A stretch of 64,000 nt of DNA from Octopus vulgaris (GCA_951406725.2 OX597820.1:31930001-31994000); one strand, 5' to 3'. Shown: positions 14,281 to 28,289, counted from the first letter of the stretch. Notes: generated by a model from the sequence alone, not told the origin. Numbers and translations: made by a program.

Positions 14281-15709
14281 AGTTCAAAGTTTCATCTGAG
14301 GACTTGGGTTTTATAACGATTATATTAGTGAAGAATTGGTAAGACTGAGTGGTGTTGAGTTTAGGAAAATGGAGGGAGGGTGGAAAGGTAAGAAGAAGAG
14401 TGCTCCAGCATGGTCAGAGACTGCAGTTAAAAATTAGGAAAAGGATAAGACAGGTTTCTGTTGTATCATCACAACTTCCACCTCGCTCGCCACCACCACC
14501 ACCACCACTACCAACGCCACCGAAGCCACCACCACCACCACCACCGCTGCCGCCGCCGTCGCCAACATCATGATCATTATCATTGCAACGACCATCATCA
14601 TCATTATCATCACCACCAACAACACAATCATCGTCTGTATCGCCATCGTCATCATTAACATCGTCGTCGTCGCTGCCGCCGTCGTCGCTGCCGCCGTCGT
14701 CGCTGCCGCCGTCGTCGCTGCCGCCGTCGTCGCTGCCGCCGTCGTCGTAGACATCGTTATCATCGTTGTCATCATCGTCATCTTCATCGTCGTAGTCGTT
14801 GCCGAGATCATCAACATCATGATCAACATCACCATCATCATCGCCGTTATTATCACATCGTCATCGTCGTCGTTGTCGTTACCGCCTCCTCCTCTTCCTC
14901 CTCTTCCTCGTCGTCGTCGTCCTCGTCATCGTCATCATCGTCGTCGTCGTCGTTTATCATCACCATCATCGTTGTCATCGTCATCATCAACATCATCATC
15001 CACATCATCATCATCGTTGTCATCGTCGTTGTCATCATCATCATCAACATCATCATCCACATCATCATCATCGTTGTCATCGTCGTTGTCATCGTCGTTG
15101 TCATCGTCATCATCGTTGTCATCGTCATCCTCATCATCATCCACATCATCATCATCGTCATCATCGTCGTTGTCATCGTCATCATCAACATCAACATCAT
15201 CATCATCATCCTCATCATCATCCACATCATCATCATCGTTGTCATCGTCATCATCAACATCATCATCCACATCATCATCATTGTCGTTGTTGTCATCATC
15301 GTCATCATCAACATCAACATCATCCTCATCATCATCCACATCATCATCATCGTCATCATCGTCGTCGTCATCATCATCATCAACATCAACATCAGCATCC
15401 TCATCATCATCATCATCATCTGCATCATCATCGCCGTCGTCGTTCCTCCTCATCGTAACGGACGTTGTCCTCATAAAAAACTCCACAACCACCGAGAAAG
15501 CCTCTGTCACCCGACCTACTCTACTCCACCCTACCCTACCCTCCACCCTAGCACCACCCCCGGGGCAGACATTACCAACGCGACACGTGCTTCTGACAGA
15601 TCGTCACGTCACACACACGTGCTTATGACGTCACGACACAACACAAACAGTGTGATGTTGAGGAAGCACTGAGGCACCTCGTTCGTTTTGCATCTCACTT
15701 CTTCTCTCC

Positions 15710-15988
15710 ATCTCTCTCCTTCATTCTCGCTCTTTCTCTTCCCCTGCCTTTCACTCTCTCTCTGTCCCTCATTCCTGATACTATATACCTCATCCTTTCC
15801 CTCTTTCTCTCTTCTTGTTTTTATTTTCTGTCTGTCACTCTCTCTATATTTTTCGCTACTTTTCAGTTCATCCTCTCTCTCTCTCTCTCTCCCTCTCTCA
15901 CTCATTCACTTCCTTCCTGCTTTCACTCTCTCTATTTACTACTGTTTATTTCGTTCTCTCTAAATTTCTTTCTCTCTCTTTCTCCCAG

Positions 15989-16019
<31 letters not shown>

Positions 16020-16063
16020 TCCTGGCTTTCAGTCTATTTGTTTGTATGTCTGACTGTCAATCA

Positions 16064-16105
<42 letters not shown>

Positions 16106-16157
16106 CACTCTCTCTCTTTCTCACTCTCTCTCTTTTTCACTCTCTCGCTCTCAATCT

Positions 16158-16193
<36 letters not shown>

Positions 16194-16303
16194 GCTATAC
16201 ACTTCATCTCTCATTTCTTTCCTGCTTTTCACACTATCTGTGCGACTATTTACCTCATTCTCGCTCGGTCTTTCCCTGTCTCTCAATCTCTCTCTCTGTC
16301 CCT

Positions 16304-16358
<55 letters not shown>

Positions 16359-16484
16359 ACATCCTGACTTTCAGTCTATTTGCTTGTCTGTCTGCCTGTC
16401 TGTTTGTCAACTAGTCTCTCTCTCTCGTTCTCTCTCTCTCTCGTTCTCTCTCTCTCTCTTCGCTACTATATACTTCATCCACTC

Positions 16485-16518
<34 letters not shown>

Positions 16519-17090
16519 CATCTCTCTCTCTCTCTCATTTCTTTCCTGCCTTTCACACTCTCTGTACGACTACTTACCACATTTTCCCTCTCTCCATCTC
16601 GCTCTCTCTCTCTCTCTTCCTGACATTCCATCTCTCCCTGACGCTCCGTCTCTCTCTCTATATATATATATATCTCTCTCTATCTATCTATCAATCTATC
16701 TATCTTTCTCTCTTTATCTCTTCATGGCTTTCTATCTGTCTTCACTCTCTCTCTCTTTCTCACTCTCTCTCTCTATTCGCAAATGTCTACTTCATCCTCT
16801 CTCTCTCATTCTCTTTTTCTTGAAGCTTTCACCCTCATTATATTTCTCCCTCTCTTTTCCACTCTCTTTCTTTCCCTCCTTTCGACCTTCATTCACTTTT
16901 AGACTCTATAAACTCTCTATCTCCCTCTCTTTCTCTCTCCCTCTCTCTCTTCCCTCGCCCCTCTCTGTATTCTTAGCTTTCATTCTCTAACTTCTATTCA
17001 CTCCCTCTCAAACTATCTCTCTGTTTCCCCCTCTCTCTCTTCCTCCCTCCTCCCTCCTCTATTAGTTTTTGTTCATCTCTCACATTCTCT
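15710..17090. repeat. ~1.4 kb polypyrimidine (CT)n-rich tract with internal higher-order duplications
   Basis: ctttcagtctattt and ctatac(a/t)cttcatc...tttcacact motifs recur among CT runs. Confidence 0.92.
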
Positions 17091-17262
17091 ATCCGGGTTT
17101 GTAAACAAATGGCCAAATATCTTTTTAGTCCGTATCATTGTCTTACATCATTATCCGGGTAAATATCGACAAAGATATTTACTGGGATGTTTATCAATGA
17201 ATTTTTACCGAACAAAAAACAAAATTGAAGCTGAATATGTAAACAGATATATAGCAAAAATT

Positions 17263-17333
<71 letters not shown>

Positions 17334-17349
17334 GTATATGTATATATAT

Positions 17350-17715
17350 ACGCAAATGTCGAACGATGAAAATGAGTGCTCAACACTGGATGTAGTTTAT
17401 TTTTTAACCGAATTCGGATGTAGAGGGTTTGTCGGACACGGTGTGAGACGACTGTTGTTATCGTTAGGCCTAACTCAACGTAAAGTAAATACCGCCATGA
17501 CCGATATCCAAACTACAGTGGAAAAGGCTAGCCATTGGATTTGATTAAAAAAGAGACGATGAGCGATGACTAGAGAAATATTGAGCTATATTTAATAACT
17601 AGTTGATCTAGCAAGCAGGACCTCATATCAGTGAGGGGAGAGGGTCGGTGCGCATTGATGCCGTCGAGTGGTAGGCTCCGAAACGGCGCGCATTCTCTCC
17701 TGATAACCCCATACA
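17350..17715 (+). mobile_element. 3' end of a restriction-like endonuclease non-LTR retrotransposon (HERO-like)
   Basis: EFGCRGFVGHGVRRLLLSLGL...VEKASHWI*LK resembles the EVGCRGF...AE.AS.W.W C-terminus of HERO-clade elements; 5' truncated at (CA)n/(TA)n. Confidence 0.8.
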
Positions 17716-18606
17716 CTTGCTGGCTTCTGGTATGCGGAATTCTCGACTTGTAGCACTTGCATGTGCAAGTTGTTTGCAATACATCTTTATTTCTGAATTA
17801 AGGCTCACCGTTGGATTCCTGTTAAGAAAAGCAGGAAAATATCTTAGTGTTTTAACAATTTTTTCAAGTCTGTCACAAGGAGAAAAGTGTTCAACTTCCA
17901 TTTTGGAACACACCCATATATATATATGAATTTGCAATTTCTGCTACAAGAAATCAATTAAGTCCATACTGGCAAGAAAGTTCTTAAAAATTACCATTTT
18001 AGTATGTTGTTTTTATCAAAATGTGGTTTCCAAATTTCTTTTATTATTAAGGATTTCAGCCACACGATTCAAACAAATTTTGATTTTAATTGACTGCGAG
18101 ATAACTTTTTTAACATCCTACTCCGTTCTCTTTCTCTCTTTCCATATCTTTGTTTACTGCCTCTAAACTATTAGTATTTCACTTCCTCTATCCTTATAAC
18201 TTTCCGTCTCGCCCTTATCCTCAGTTTCTTACATGTAACTCTGTCCCCCATCTTTCTCTCTCATAGTTGCCGCTAGTCAGCGGCTTCCATTAAAAACAAG
18301 CGAATACAATTTTTTTATGAGAGTGTGTGGAATAATTTGAGAATATTTGTGACAATGTTTAGATCACATCTTTTTATCATCTCAAAATTTAGGATTTTCC
18401 TAGAATTCTTTATTTCAAGTTTCATTCCGTTATACACACGGAGAGGGAGCGCTAAGCAGCGATATATATAAATGCAATATTATTACCACTCTAAATATGT
18501 TTGAGGCACGTTTCGAACTGGAGAACAAGCCATTCACTGTGTTTTCTCGCGGTAGACAAATGGTGTAAATACACCTAGATCAGTTTGCAGCGCCACCTAC
18601 CTGGAC

Positions 18607-18652
18607 TGCGAGATGCCAGCATTTCGGAGTAGTTGTCTCCTCTTCAGTCACA
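18607..18652 (-). ncRNA. Type I hammerhead ribozyme, apparently intact
   Basis: Minus strand: TGTGA-CTGAAGA-GGAG(acaacta)CTCC-GAA-ATGC(tg)GCAT-C^-TCGCA. All core bases are present, all three stems pair, and the cleavage triplet is AUC. Confidence 0.88.
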
Positions 18653-19841
18653 AACACCAGGCAGTTGATGCTGCGAACTGATCAAAGAGATTGCTTCTCT
18701 TATACTACTTCATTCACCGTACAATGGCCGGAAATACTTTAGGTTAAGATCTGAGGCAACGTCGTAGACTTAGCGTTCATTGTTAGTTAATATAATTATT
18801 TCGTTTAGCATATTGATTACAAAACAATAGTGCAATGCACATACTGCATTATATGTTTTTCAATTCAACATATACTATCAAATGGCCGCCTGAAGGACCT
18901 GAAGCAGACCTAGTTTAGAGAGGGCATGAATGGCGACGAAAGGACTTTCACAAATCTAGCTGATTGAACGAATCTAATTCAAATCTAGTTCAACGAACGA
19001 TTAATCAAACAGTCGGTTAGTTAATTTGTTAAATGCTTAATTAATGGATTAACAATAATTATATATATTAGCAGACGTTCTCTCGACATCGTTCGCATGC
19101 GCCTGACTCGGGCTCAGAAGTTACAGCACGGGTTGTTATCTATAATCATAAAAATGAAAAGTAATTCAAATTCAATGTTTTCTTGAAACAATAAATTTCT
19201 GTAGAGATAAGGGTTTAAATTCCAATCTATGAAAAATTTCCGTTCTATAATATTCTTAAAGGAACGAAAAATCATCTAGCAACTCGTGCTAATACGAACG
19301 AGCCTGGTATGTGTGTGAGACTAAATGGTGTCTCTTGTCAAGAGTACAAGCAACAGTTAGATCACTGATGTTTGTTGTGCACCCCGCTGTCGTTATTTGA
19401 TTGCTATTAAACTGTGCATCTGTGTGTAAAGATCAGTTGTATTTTGCAGGGTTACTTTATTTTTACCCTTAACTTAGAAATGGAGAAAGACATTGTGCTA
19501 GATATAAAAAATATAAGCCATTTGGGGTTAGAAATAAAGCGGAAAATCGTGAAATTCTTCGAGCAGGCATTTGTCTTATGCAAAATCTGTTATGAGCCCA
19601 AGTGATGCTGACGACCTGGTATCGCCTCATATATAAAAGTAAGCAAAGTTAGCGGTTGTAGTAACCGACTAAGGGATAAAAGTATCCGTATATACTATCG
19701 TTATCAATTACCTGTGTTATCCCTGGGCATAGGTATGCTCACAGGGTACATGTAATAACAGAATAAACAAAATTTTATCAGGAATCAAATTTAAATAATC
19801 AGAAAATGGAGAAAACTTTTGAGTAACAAACAAACAAATTG

Positions 19842-20365
19842 GACCACATCGGTAGAATAATTTTTAATACAAGACATGACATAACATTTCTATGACATAA
19901 TATTTCTTACGGCCGTTTCCGCTTCCAATATTAATCGTTGCTTGCAAAAGAATTTCGATAATATATTTGTCATCCTCATAGCACATTCGATCTAGTACAT
20001 GGAGCTTCATCAGAGTGAATACAAACGCATGAAATAAAATAAACGAAGGGAAGAGGGGATAAGAAAGAACAGGGCCTCGAGAAGAGGCCAGAAGGTTCAA
20101 TATGTTAAAATGATACTATCTTACAGCGTGGGGCTTCGAAGTCGATAGGCAAAAGTACCTTCTGGTCTTCTCAGTTCATTTATTTTATTTTACGCATTTG
20201 TATTCACTTTGACGAAGCTCGATGTACTAGGTCGAATGTGCTATGAGGATGACGATTATTATTTTCGAAGTTCTTCCGTAAGCACCGACTAGTATTGGAA
20301 GCGGAAACGGCCGTAAGAAATGTTATGTCATGCTTTGTATTAAAAAATAATCTACCGATGTGGTC
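19842..20365. repeat. ~200-bp inverted repeat pair (19842-20043 / 20178-20365), each arm with a hammerhead-like core and long stem II insert
   Basis: gaccacatcggtaga / tctaccgatgtggtc, with internal matches along the arms. Minus arm reads CTGATGA agctcc...ggaagcg GAAA cggccg TA. Confidence 0.85.
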
Positions 20366-20379
20366 TTAGGAAAAGTGAA

Positions 20380-20516
20380 GGGCTTAGGAAAAATGAAGGA
20401 CCGTTGCAATAAGTGTGTGAATCTGAGAGGGAAATATGTTGGATAGAATCATAATTAACTGATCCTCATGTATTTTCTTTTGCCCAAAGCCAGGAACTTT
20501 TCAGCACCTTCTCGTA
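20380..20516 (+). mobile_element. Mariner 3' end fragment
   Basis: GLGKMKDRCNKCVNLRGKYV*, then TIR aaagccaggaacttttcagcaccttctcg followed by TA. Confidence 0.85.
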
Positions 20517-20968
20517 TATATCAGACAAAAGTGCTATGGCAAGTTACTTGTCATAATGCTTTCTTTGATGATTACTATATAGACTCACTGTTATGTCATA
20601 GTATATTTAAAAGCATTACCCGCTAAATCTGTCCATCAGGGGTCACATTTTCATTAGGTTTCAGTGTATCATGAATATTCCCTTTAATCATATCACCATG
20701 TACCACAATCTCCCCTATATATGCTAACAGTCTCCTTAATCCATTAAGCCATCTGTCATAGCAATACAGAACTTAGCACAGTTTTTGACTCTTACGTTTG
20801 GTGCACTGTCGCACCTTAATAAATAATGCGTTTGTATGTATGTATGTATGTATGTATGTATGTATGTATGTATGTATGTATGTATGTATGTATGTATGTA
20901 TGTATGTATGTATGTATGTATGTATGTATGTATGTATGTATGTATGTATGTATGTATGTATGTATGTA

Positions 20969-21029
<61 letters not shown>

Positions 21030-21334
21030 GTATGCAATATGTATATAAATGTTTGATTTTATAAGATGTTACATATAAAAACAGTTTAACATTATTAACC
21101 TGAAGGATTAGTCAATATCTTTTAGTAGAGCTGGGTACATGTTTATTAAACTTTTATTAAGACGACGTTGACAGTGACTTTGAAGTTTTCAAACATACAA
21201 ACATACATACATACATACATACATACATACATACATACATACATACATACATACATACATGCATGCATGCATGCATACATACATACATACATACATACAT
21301 ACATACATACATACATACATACATACATACGTAA

Positions 21335-21520
21335 GAGAGGGTGCTGAAAAGTTTCTGGCTTTGGGTCACAGAAAATACAGGAGGATCATTTAATTATGAT
21401 TTTATCCAACATATTCCTCTCTCAGGTTCACATACGTTTTGGAAAGAACTCGGACGGTTGGGCCCCCAACCAGGCCTTTCGCAACAGCCTTGAAACCAAG
21501 CACTTTTCAGCAACCTCTCT
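21335..21520 (-). mobile_element. Deleted mariner MITE, same family as 20380-20516
   Basis: gagggtgctgaaaagtttctggctttggg...ggatcatttaattatgatt is the reverse complement of 20430-20514; second TIR acttttcagcaacctctc. Confidence 0.8.
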
Positions 21521-21522
21521 TT

Positions 21523-21637
<115 letters not shown>

Positions 21638-21667
21638 ACAGTGAATGTTTGTACGACATTTCAAAGA

Positions 21668-21855
21668 TTCTCCATCTGAGATTCTTATGTGAATAGATGC
21701 ACACACTTGTGTGTATGCATCGACAGTTCAACCAACACACCAACTCAACTACATATTTACAAACACCGGGATCTCTCTTAACCTCAAAATTCTTGTCCCT
21801 TTGCTAGCAATCGGCTTAAAACCTCTCAAGAAGAGCTTAAATAAAACTCAAAGAA
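21668..21855. repeat. Unclassified dispersed repeat; second copy at 49457-49645
   Basis: tctgagattc...gtgaatagatgcac...caaccaacacacc.actcaac.acatatttacaaacaccggga shared by both copies. Confidence 0.85.
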
Positions 21856-21866
21856 AAACATACATA

Positions 21867-23176
21867 CAGGGTAGGGGCAAAGAGGACGGATGTTTTTGAA
21901 ATGACTATTACTCAGCCCCAGTAGGAGGGACATATGTCCGACAGATACCATTCGGTCTGTAGTGTCTTATCATTTGTTTTTCTCTTCAGGTGAAGCCATG
22001 GCGCTGTGGACGATAGAGCATCACGTGTTTGCCTATGACAGTGACGTGAAGACAGTTACGAGTCTGTCACAACAGTTCAGCGTGCGTTTTGGCGCCAATT
22101 CAACATTCATTGAAATCAGGTTGTTCCCGCTCGTAACACAATCTTACGTTGGCTGAATGTACTTCGTACACGAGATACAATAATGAATAGGAGACTGGTG
22201 GTGTCACCACGAACGGTAGGGAAATGTGGAACATGTCAGACAAGCTTTGATACGGAGTCCGAATCGCTCTACTTGGAGGCATTCCACTGAACTTGGCATC
22301 GGTAATCGATCAGTAAGGCGTATTTTGCATGAAGACCTGCATTTCCACTTGTACAAATTAATCATTGGACAACAGTTGAAACCATGGGACTATGCACAAC
22401 GGCTTAACTTCACACGTCAGATGGAAGCAATTTTTGAGGCAAATGACAACTTCATTTTGTTAATGAGCGATGAAGCTCATTTTCATCTCAATGGCATGGT
22501 GAATCAACAGAACTACTGTTATTTGGCTCCTGAAAATCCAAGAGAACTGCATGAAAGACCACTGCACAGCCCAAAAGTGACGGTCTGGTGTGCTATTGGA
22601 AAAGCTGCCATCATTGGACCTTACTTTTTTGAAGACAATAGTGGAAATACTGTTACTGTGAACTCCGAGCGCTACATCGAGATGATAAACAACTTCTTTG
22701 TTCCTGAATTACTACGAAAACGTATGCTTATTCGACGTGCGTGGTTTCAGCAGCAGGGGGCGACGGCTCACTCAACCAGAGCATCAATAGACGTTCTTCG
22801 TCCTCTCTTTGGTGACTGCCTCATTTTCAGGTTTGCTGACATTCCTTGGCCCCCTCGGTCCCCTGATTTGTCCATGTGTGATTATTTCTTGTGGGGGAAG
22901 CCTCAAAGCACGAGTGTTTGCACATAAGCCCTATACATTGGGCGATTTGAAGGAAGCTATTCACGTGGAAGTCGCCCAAATCGACAGTGGAGGCCAACTT
23001 TCAAGAACGCCTTCAGAAATGAAAATGTATACCACATGATGGGTGTTGTTTTCCACACATGATTTTGAGAAATGTTAATTCAATACAAACACATTGATTC
23101 AATAAAATTTATTTGCAGCTAAAATTAACGATTTTCTGAATTTTTGAAAAACGTCCGACCTCCTTGCTCCACCCTG
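21867..23176 (+). mobile_element. Tc1/mariner DD41D (rosa/Visitor-type) transposon with both ends and a decayed transposase
   Basis: TA-flanked TIRs cagggtaggggcaaagaggacggatgttttt / aaaaacgtccgacctccttgctccaccctg. ATG at ~21998 (MALWTIEH). MSDEAHF, WFQQ[Q]GATAH, WPPRSPDLSMCDYFLWG with a 41-aa spacer. 2nd D mutated; frameshifts. Confidence 0.93.
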
Positions 23177-23249
23177 TACATATACTATATTATATTATAC
23201 GTAGACACGTATATACTGAAATGCAATATATTTACTGTCTGTCTGATCT

Positions 23250-23324
<75 letters not shown>

Positions 23325-23463
23325 AGTAGGTGACCCTTTTTTCCTTCGGAATTAAGAATATGCAGTCTTCGAAACATGTGTTGAAAGTAAAGGAATTTTG
23401 TTAAAATCTTCGTTCAACTCCATTCTTTCATTTATTCATTTTAAAATATATATATATATATAT

Positions 23464-23685
23464 ACTCTTTACTCTTTACATTCTTACTTGTTTCAGTGTC
23501 ATTTGACCGTGGCTATGCTGGAGCACCACCTTTAGTCGAGCAAATCGACCCCAGAACTTAATCTTTGTAAGCCTAGTACTTATTCTATCAGTCTTTTTTG
23601 CCGAACCGCTAACTTACGGAGACGTAAACACACCAGCATCGGTTGTCAAGCGATGTTGGGGGACAAACACAGACACACAAACATA

Positions 23686-23771
<86 letters not shown>

Positions 23772-23923
23772 CGACGGGCTTCTTCCAGTTTTCGTCTACC
23801 AAATCCATTCACAAGGCTTTGGTCGATCGGAGGCTATAGTAGAAGACACTTGCCCAAGGTGCCACGCAGTGGGACTGAACCCGGAACCATGTGGTTGGTA
23901 AGCAAGCTGCTTACCACGCAGCC
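23464..23923 (-). mobile_element. SINE family A, near full length
   Basis: High similarity to 51968-52375. Confidence 0.95.
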
Positions 23924-24465
23924 ATTCCATTTATGTATATGTATATATGTGTGTGTATGTGTGTATGTATACTATATATAGCTCATAATTCAATGATAAC
24001 GGATTCAACATACGGAGCATTATAAATCTAAACAAATAATTATGTGGCGAGGAATGAAAACAACAAATCAATAAAAAAGGCAATCGATATTATTAAAGAA
24101 ATCAATGACTAATATTATTTGACTACATGTTTATATGACTACATATTTCAGTTATCGCTATTACTCATTTAGATGAATACATATTGTCATTGCACTGGTA
24201 GAGATCCGTGTGTATACGAAAGATAGACGTACGAAATCAGTCAACTCCGAGAAGAGGTTATGCGAGCGATAGAACGGTGAGAAAGCGAAGATGACATGCC
24301 TGTGAGCCAGAAGTGGAAATACAAGAGCAACTAGCTCTGAGGTGCAGAGGTTATAATATTTGCATTAGTATTGACAGACTACGGCAATAGTATGCTTGTG
24401 AACGAGAGACGGAGTAGGAGACGAACTAGCTAGCTCTGAGGAGTAGAAGTAATTTTGGTAGTGAT

Positions 24466-24876
<411 letters not shown>

Positions 24877-25719
24877 CAGCGCGCTTGTGGACCAAATACA
24901 AGATTAGTTTAGTCCTGACGAAGATCATAGTAGCGATAGAAAAGACAGAGTGGCTAAAGGCTAAAATTTGTCTGTTAGTGGCTTAATGACAATCAGCTGT
25001 GTGATTCTCTAGATACATAAAAAAAATCTTGTATTTTTCCTTATTTGCTGAGTCTACAGGATGGGGCAAAGCCCATGACCTCGAGGACTATTGAGCTTGA
25101 TGCCGTTAAGGCTACTTATAAGCGATTGCTGGCCAATAGTCCTACATTGAAAAAAGCAAGCTTACAGAATTATCGATGACAAATCAAAGCCAACAAGACA
25201 CGGTAGAGGAATGCCCTACCTTGGGGGAAACATATGACTCGGTGCAGCAAAACCAACTTTTCGCATTTCATGTTAGTCCTTGACCTGGAACCCACGAAGG
25301 AGGACGCACTAAAATCGCTGGGGATAGGTTACCGCAGCAGATCTGAAAAAGCAGGGATCCAATCGGAGAAAAGCAGAAAAGACGACCAAAGGTCCAGAAC
25401 GGTGGGGAAAAAGTAGTCGATGGCCTAGGGTCTTGAAGTAATCATGCGAGTATGATCTAGGTACCTCTACAAATATTTAAGGATTAAACAGGGAGCCGGA
25501 TCCAGTGACACGGTGTTGAAAATGTAGGGTGTTTGAATTAGAAATAAAATCCACTGGACAGGATTCCGTACAGTTTCCGTCAATCCGATCTTACTCATGA
25601 GACTTGTGTGTGTGTGTCGGGGGGGTCAACTACCCTAGTAGAATTCGAACCGCGACTTCATAGTTATGAAGCTAATTCCTGAACTATTGTGTGCCTGTGT
25701 TACGGACACTTACACATTT

Positions 25720-25757
25720 AAACATGTCCACATACATATATATATACATACATACAC

Positions 25758-25818
<61 letters not shown>

Positions 25819-26638
25819 AATATATATATACATACATACATACATACATACCATACACGCACACACACACACACACACAAACATACACGCGCGCTTGTAA
25901 TTGTAGAAGCATTCAAATTTTTCACAAGTGACGCATAGTCAAAGATATACATACACGTGTACATACACATACACGTGTACATACACAAACATGCATGTAA
26001 ACACATGTACACACACACACACAAATAGAACTACTCATTCCCATGAATACAGGCACACACATACACACATAGGCTGATAATCTTACGAAACACACACACA
26101 AACACACGCACACACACGCTCATAGACACATATAAACGTAGACACATACATACACAGACTGACACACGCACGTACAAACAGGCTCACACACACTTACACA
26201 TATACTCATACACACTGATACACGCATAAACATAGATACATGCACATACTCAGACACGCATGAACACACACATGCAGACACATACTAATATATACCTACA
26301 CATGCTTAAACACGCATACACACACTGACACAAGCATAAACGCACACTCATACACTCAGGCATACGCTTAAACATAGACACTCACATACACACACACGGT
26401 GCAGGGCCACTTGTACACACATACCAACATAACTCACATATTCACACACACACACATACATACACACACATGCACACACACATACACACGCACGTACTCA
26501 TATTGAATACTGACCCACACACACCTATATACTCATGTACACATGCTCACACACACATACAAATTCACATACATCTACGTACCCTTACACACACACGGTG
26601 CAGGGCCACTTGTACACACATACCAACACAACTCACAT

Positions 26639-26706
<68 letters not shown>

Positions 26707-27280
26707 TCATTTGTACCTTGACGCACAAACACTGGATCCAGAGTCACGTCTACACACATACCTACAACGACGTACGGTTTTAGAAAGCGGTGAACTTCCA
26801 GCGACTAGATTCACACCGTGGTGCCTAGAATATGAGAAAACCTTATTTCTTTAACAGTGACATTCCACAATGGCGTATAATCGTGTTTAATACCTATCAT
26901 ATACACAATATATATACAATGATCCTTTATGTAGACATTCAGAACAATATATATAACACAATTTATATAATACAATACATACAAATATATGTATACATAT
27001 AATAAATGTATGTAAGTATGTGTATGTATGTATGTATGTATGTATGTATGTATGTATGTATGTATGTATGTATGTATGTATGTATGTATGGGTGTGTGTA
27101 TGTATGTATGTATGTATGTATATATGTATGTATGGGTGTGTGTGTATGTATGTATGTATGTGTGTGTGTGTATGTATGTATGTATGTATGTATGTATGTA
27201 TGTATGTATGTATGTATGTATGTATGTGTATGTGTGTATGAATGTATGTGTGTGTATATATGTGTGTATGTATGCGGTTG
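25720..27280. repeat. Degenerate CA-rich and (TATG)n field with a ~198-bp-period duplication
   Basis: acacacggtgcagggccacttgtacacacataccaaca at ~26392 and ~26590. Confidence 0.9.
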
Positions 27281-27592
27281 GTGTCAAGAATTAGGTTCTT
27301 TTTTGTGTAGATGAAAACAATGAACATGAATTGAATATAAGACGTCCCAAGACGAGTGTAGAATTTTGCACTGTAATAATTTTATAGACAGTGACTTCGA
27401 AGTTTTACTGAGTGTGTAGCTTATTTAAGCTGTTTCAATGAGCATACATATGTATATGTATATATATATTCATATTTGTGTGTGCGTGTGTTTACATATA
27501 TACACACATACATATACGTTTACATACATAAGTGTTTGTATGTATTACTTTTGTATGTATGAATAGCTATATATGTATGTATGTATATGTAT

Positions 27593-27627
<35 letters not shown>

Positions 27628-27628
27628 C

Positions 27629-27687
<59 letters not shown>

Positions 27688-27744
27688 TAGATAGAAAGGT
27701 AGACAGATTGATTGATAAATAGGTAGTTAAACACATTAAGTATA

Positions 27745-27831
<87 letters not shown>

Positions 27832-27890
27832 TCATATATATATACATACACACACAAACCTGCATATTCATTATATATATATATATATAT

Positions 27891-27955
<65 letters not shown>

Positions 27956-28289
27956 CATCACTGTATGTGTGTGCGTGTACCTGTGTGTGGGTACGTATGT
28001 GTCGATCTATATGTATATCGATGTACGATATACATAGATGAGAGAGACAGAATAAGGGTACAGAGAAAATAAAGTGCTGAGAACAACACAAGCGTGGGTT
28101 GTCTGATGATAATAAATAAATAAATAAAAAACAAAAACAAAAAAATCACAACAACAACAACAGCAACAATACGGAATCACAGAACACGGTAAGTAATTCC
28201 CTTGACCGAGACGTGTGCCAACTATTGTTTTAGTTATTATTTTTATTCTGCTGTTTCATTTATTTCTTCTCTCTCTCTTTCTTTGTTTT

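Larger units (their letters stand above)
7152..15460. repeat. ~8 kb field of degenerate trinucleotide repeats (GGT/GAT/GTT, and CAC/CAT/CGT) interspersed with SINEs and a MITE
   Basis: Directly visible; long homopolymeric ORFs in several frames on both strands. Confidence 0.95.

Noticed and set aside
11709-15628. Pro-, Ser-, Gly- and Asp-rich ORFs resembling extensin or shell proteins
   Set aside because: Triplet repeats are open in several frames on both strands, with no signal peptide or convincing splice structure, and SINEs are interleaved.
18588-18605. CTCF-like motif cagcgccacctacctgg
   Set aside because: It has one extra base versus the consensus spacing and overlaps the hammerhead flank.
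24910-24958. Hammerhead-like ttagtc-CTGACGA-agatc...gata-GAAA...ggctaa
   Set aside because: No valid stem III or UH site, and part of it is explained by a local duplication; at most a relic.
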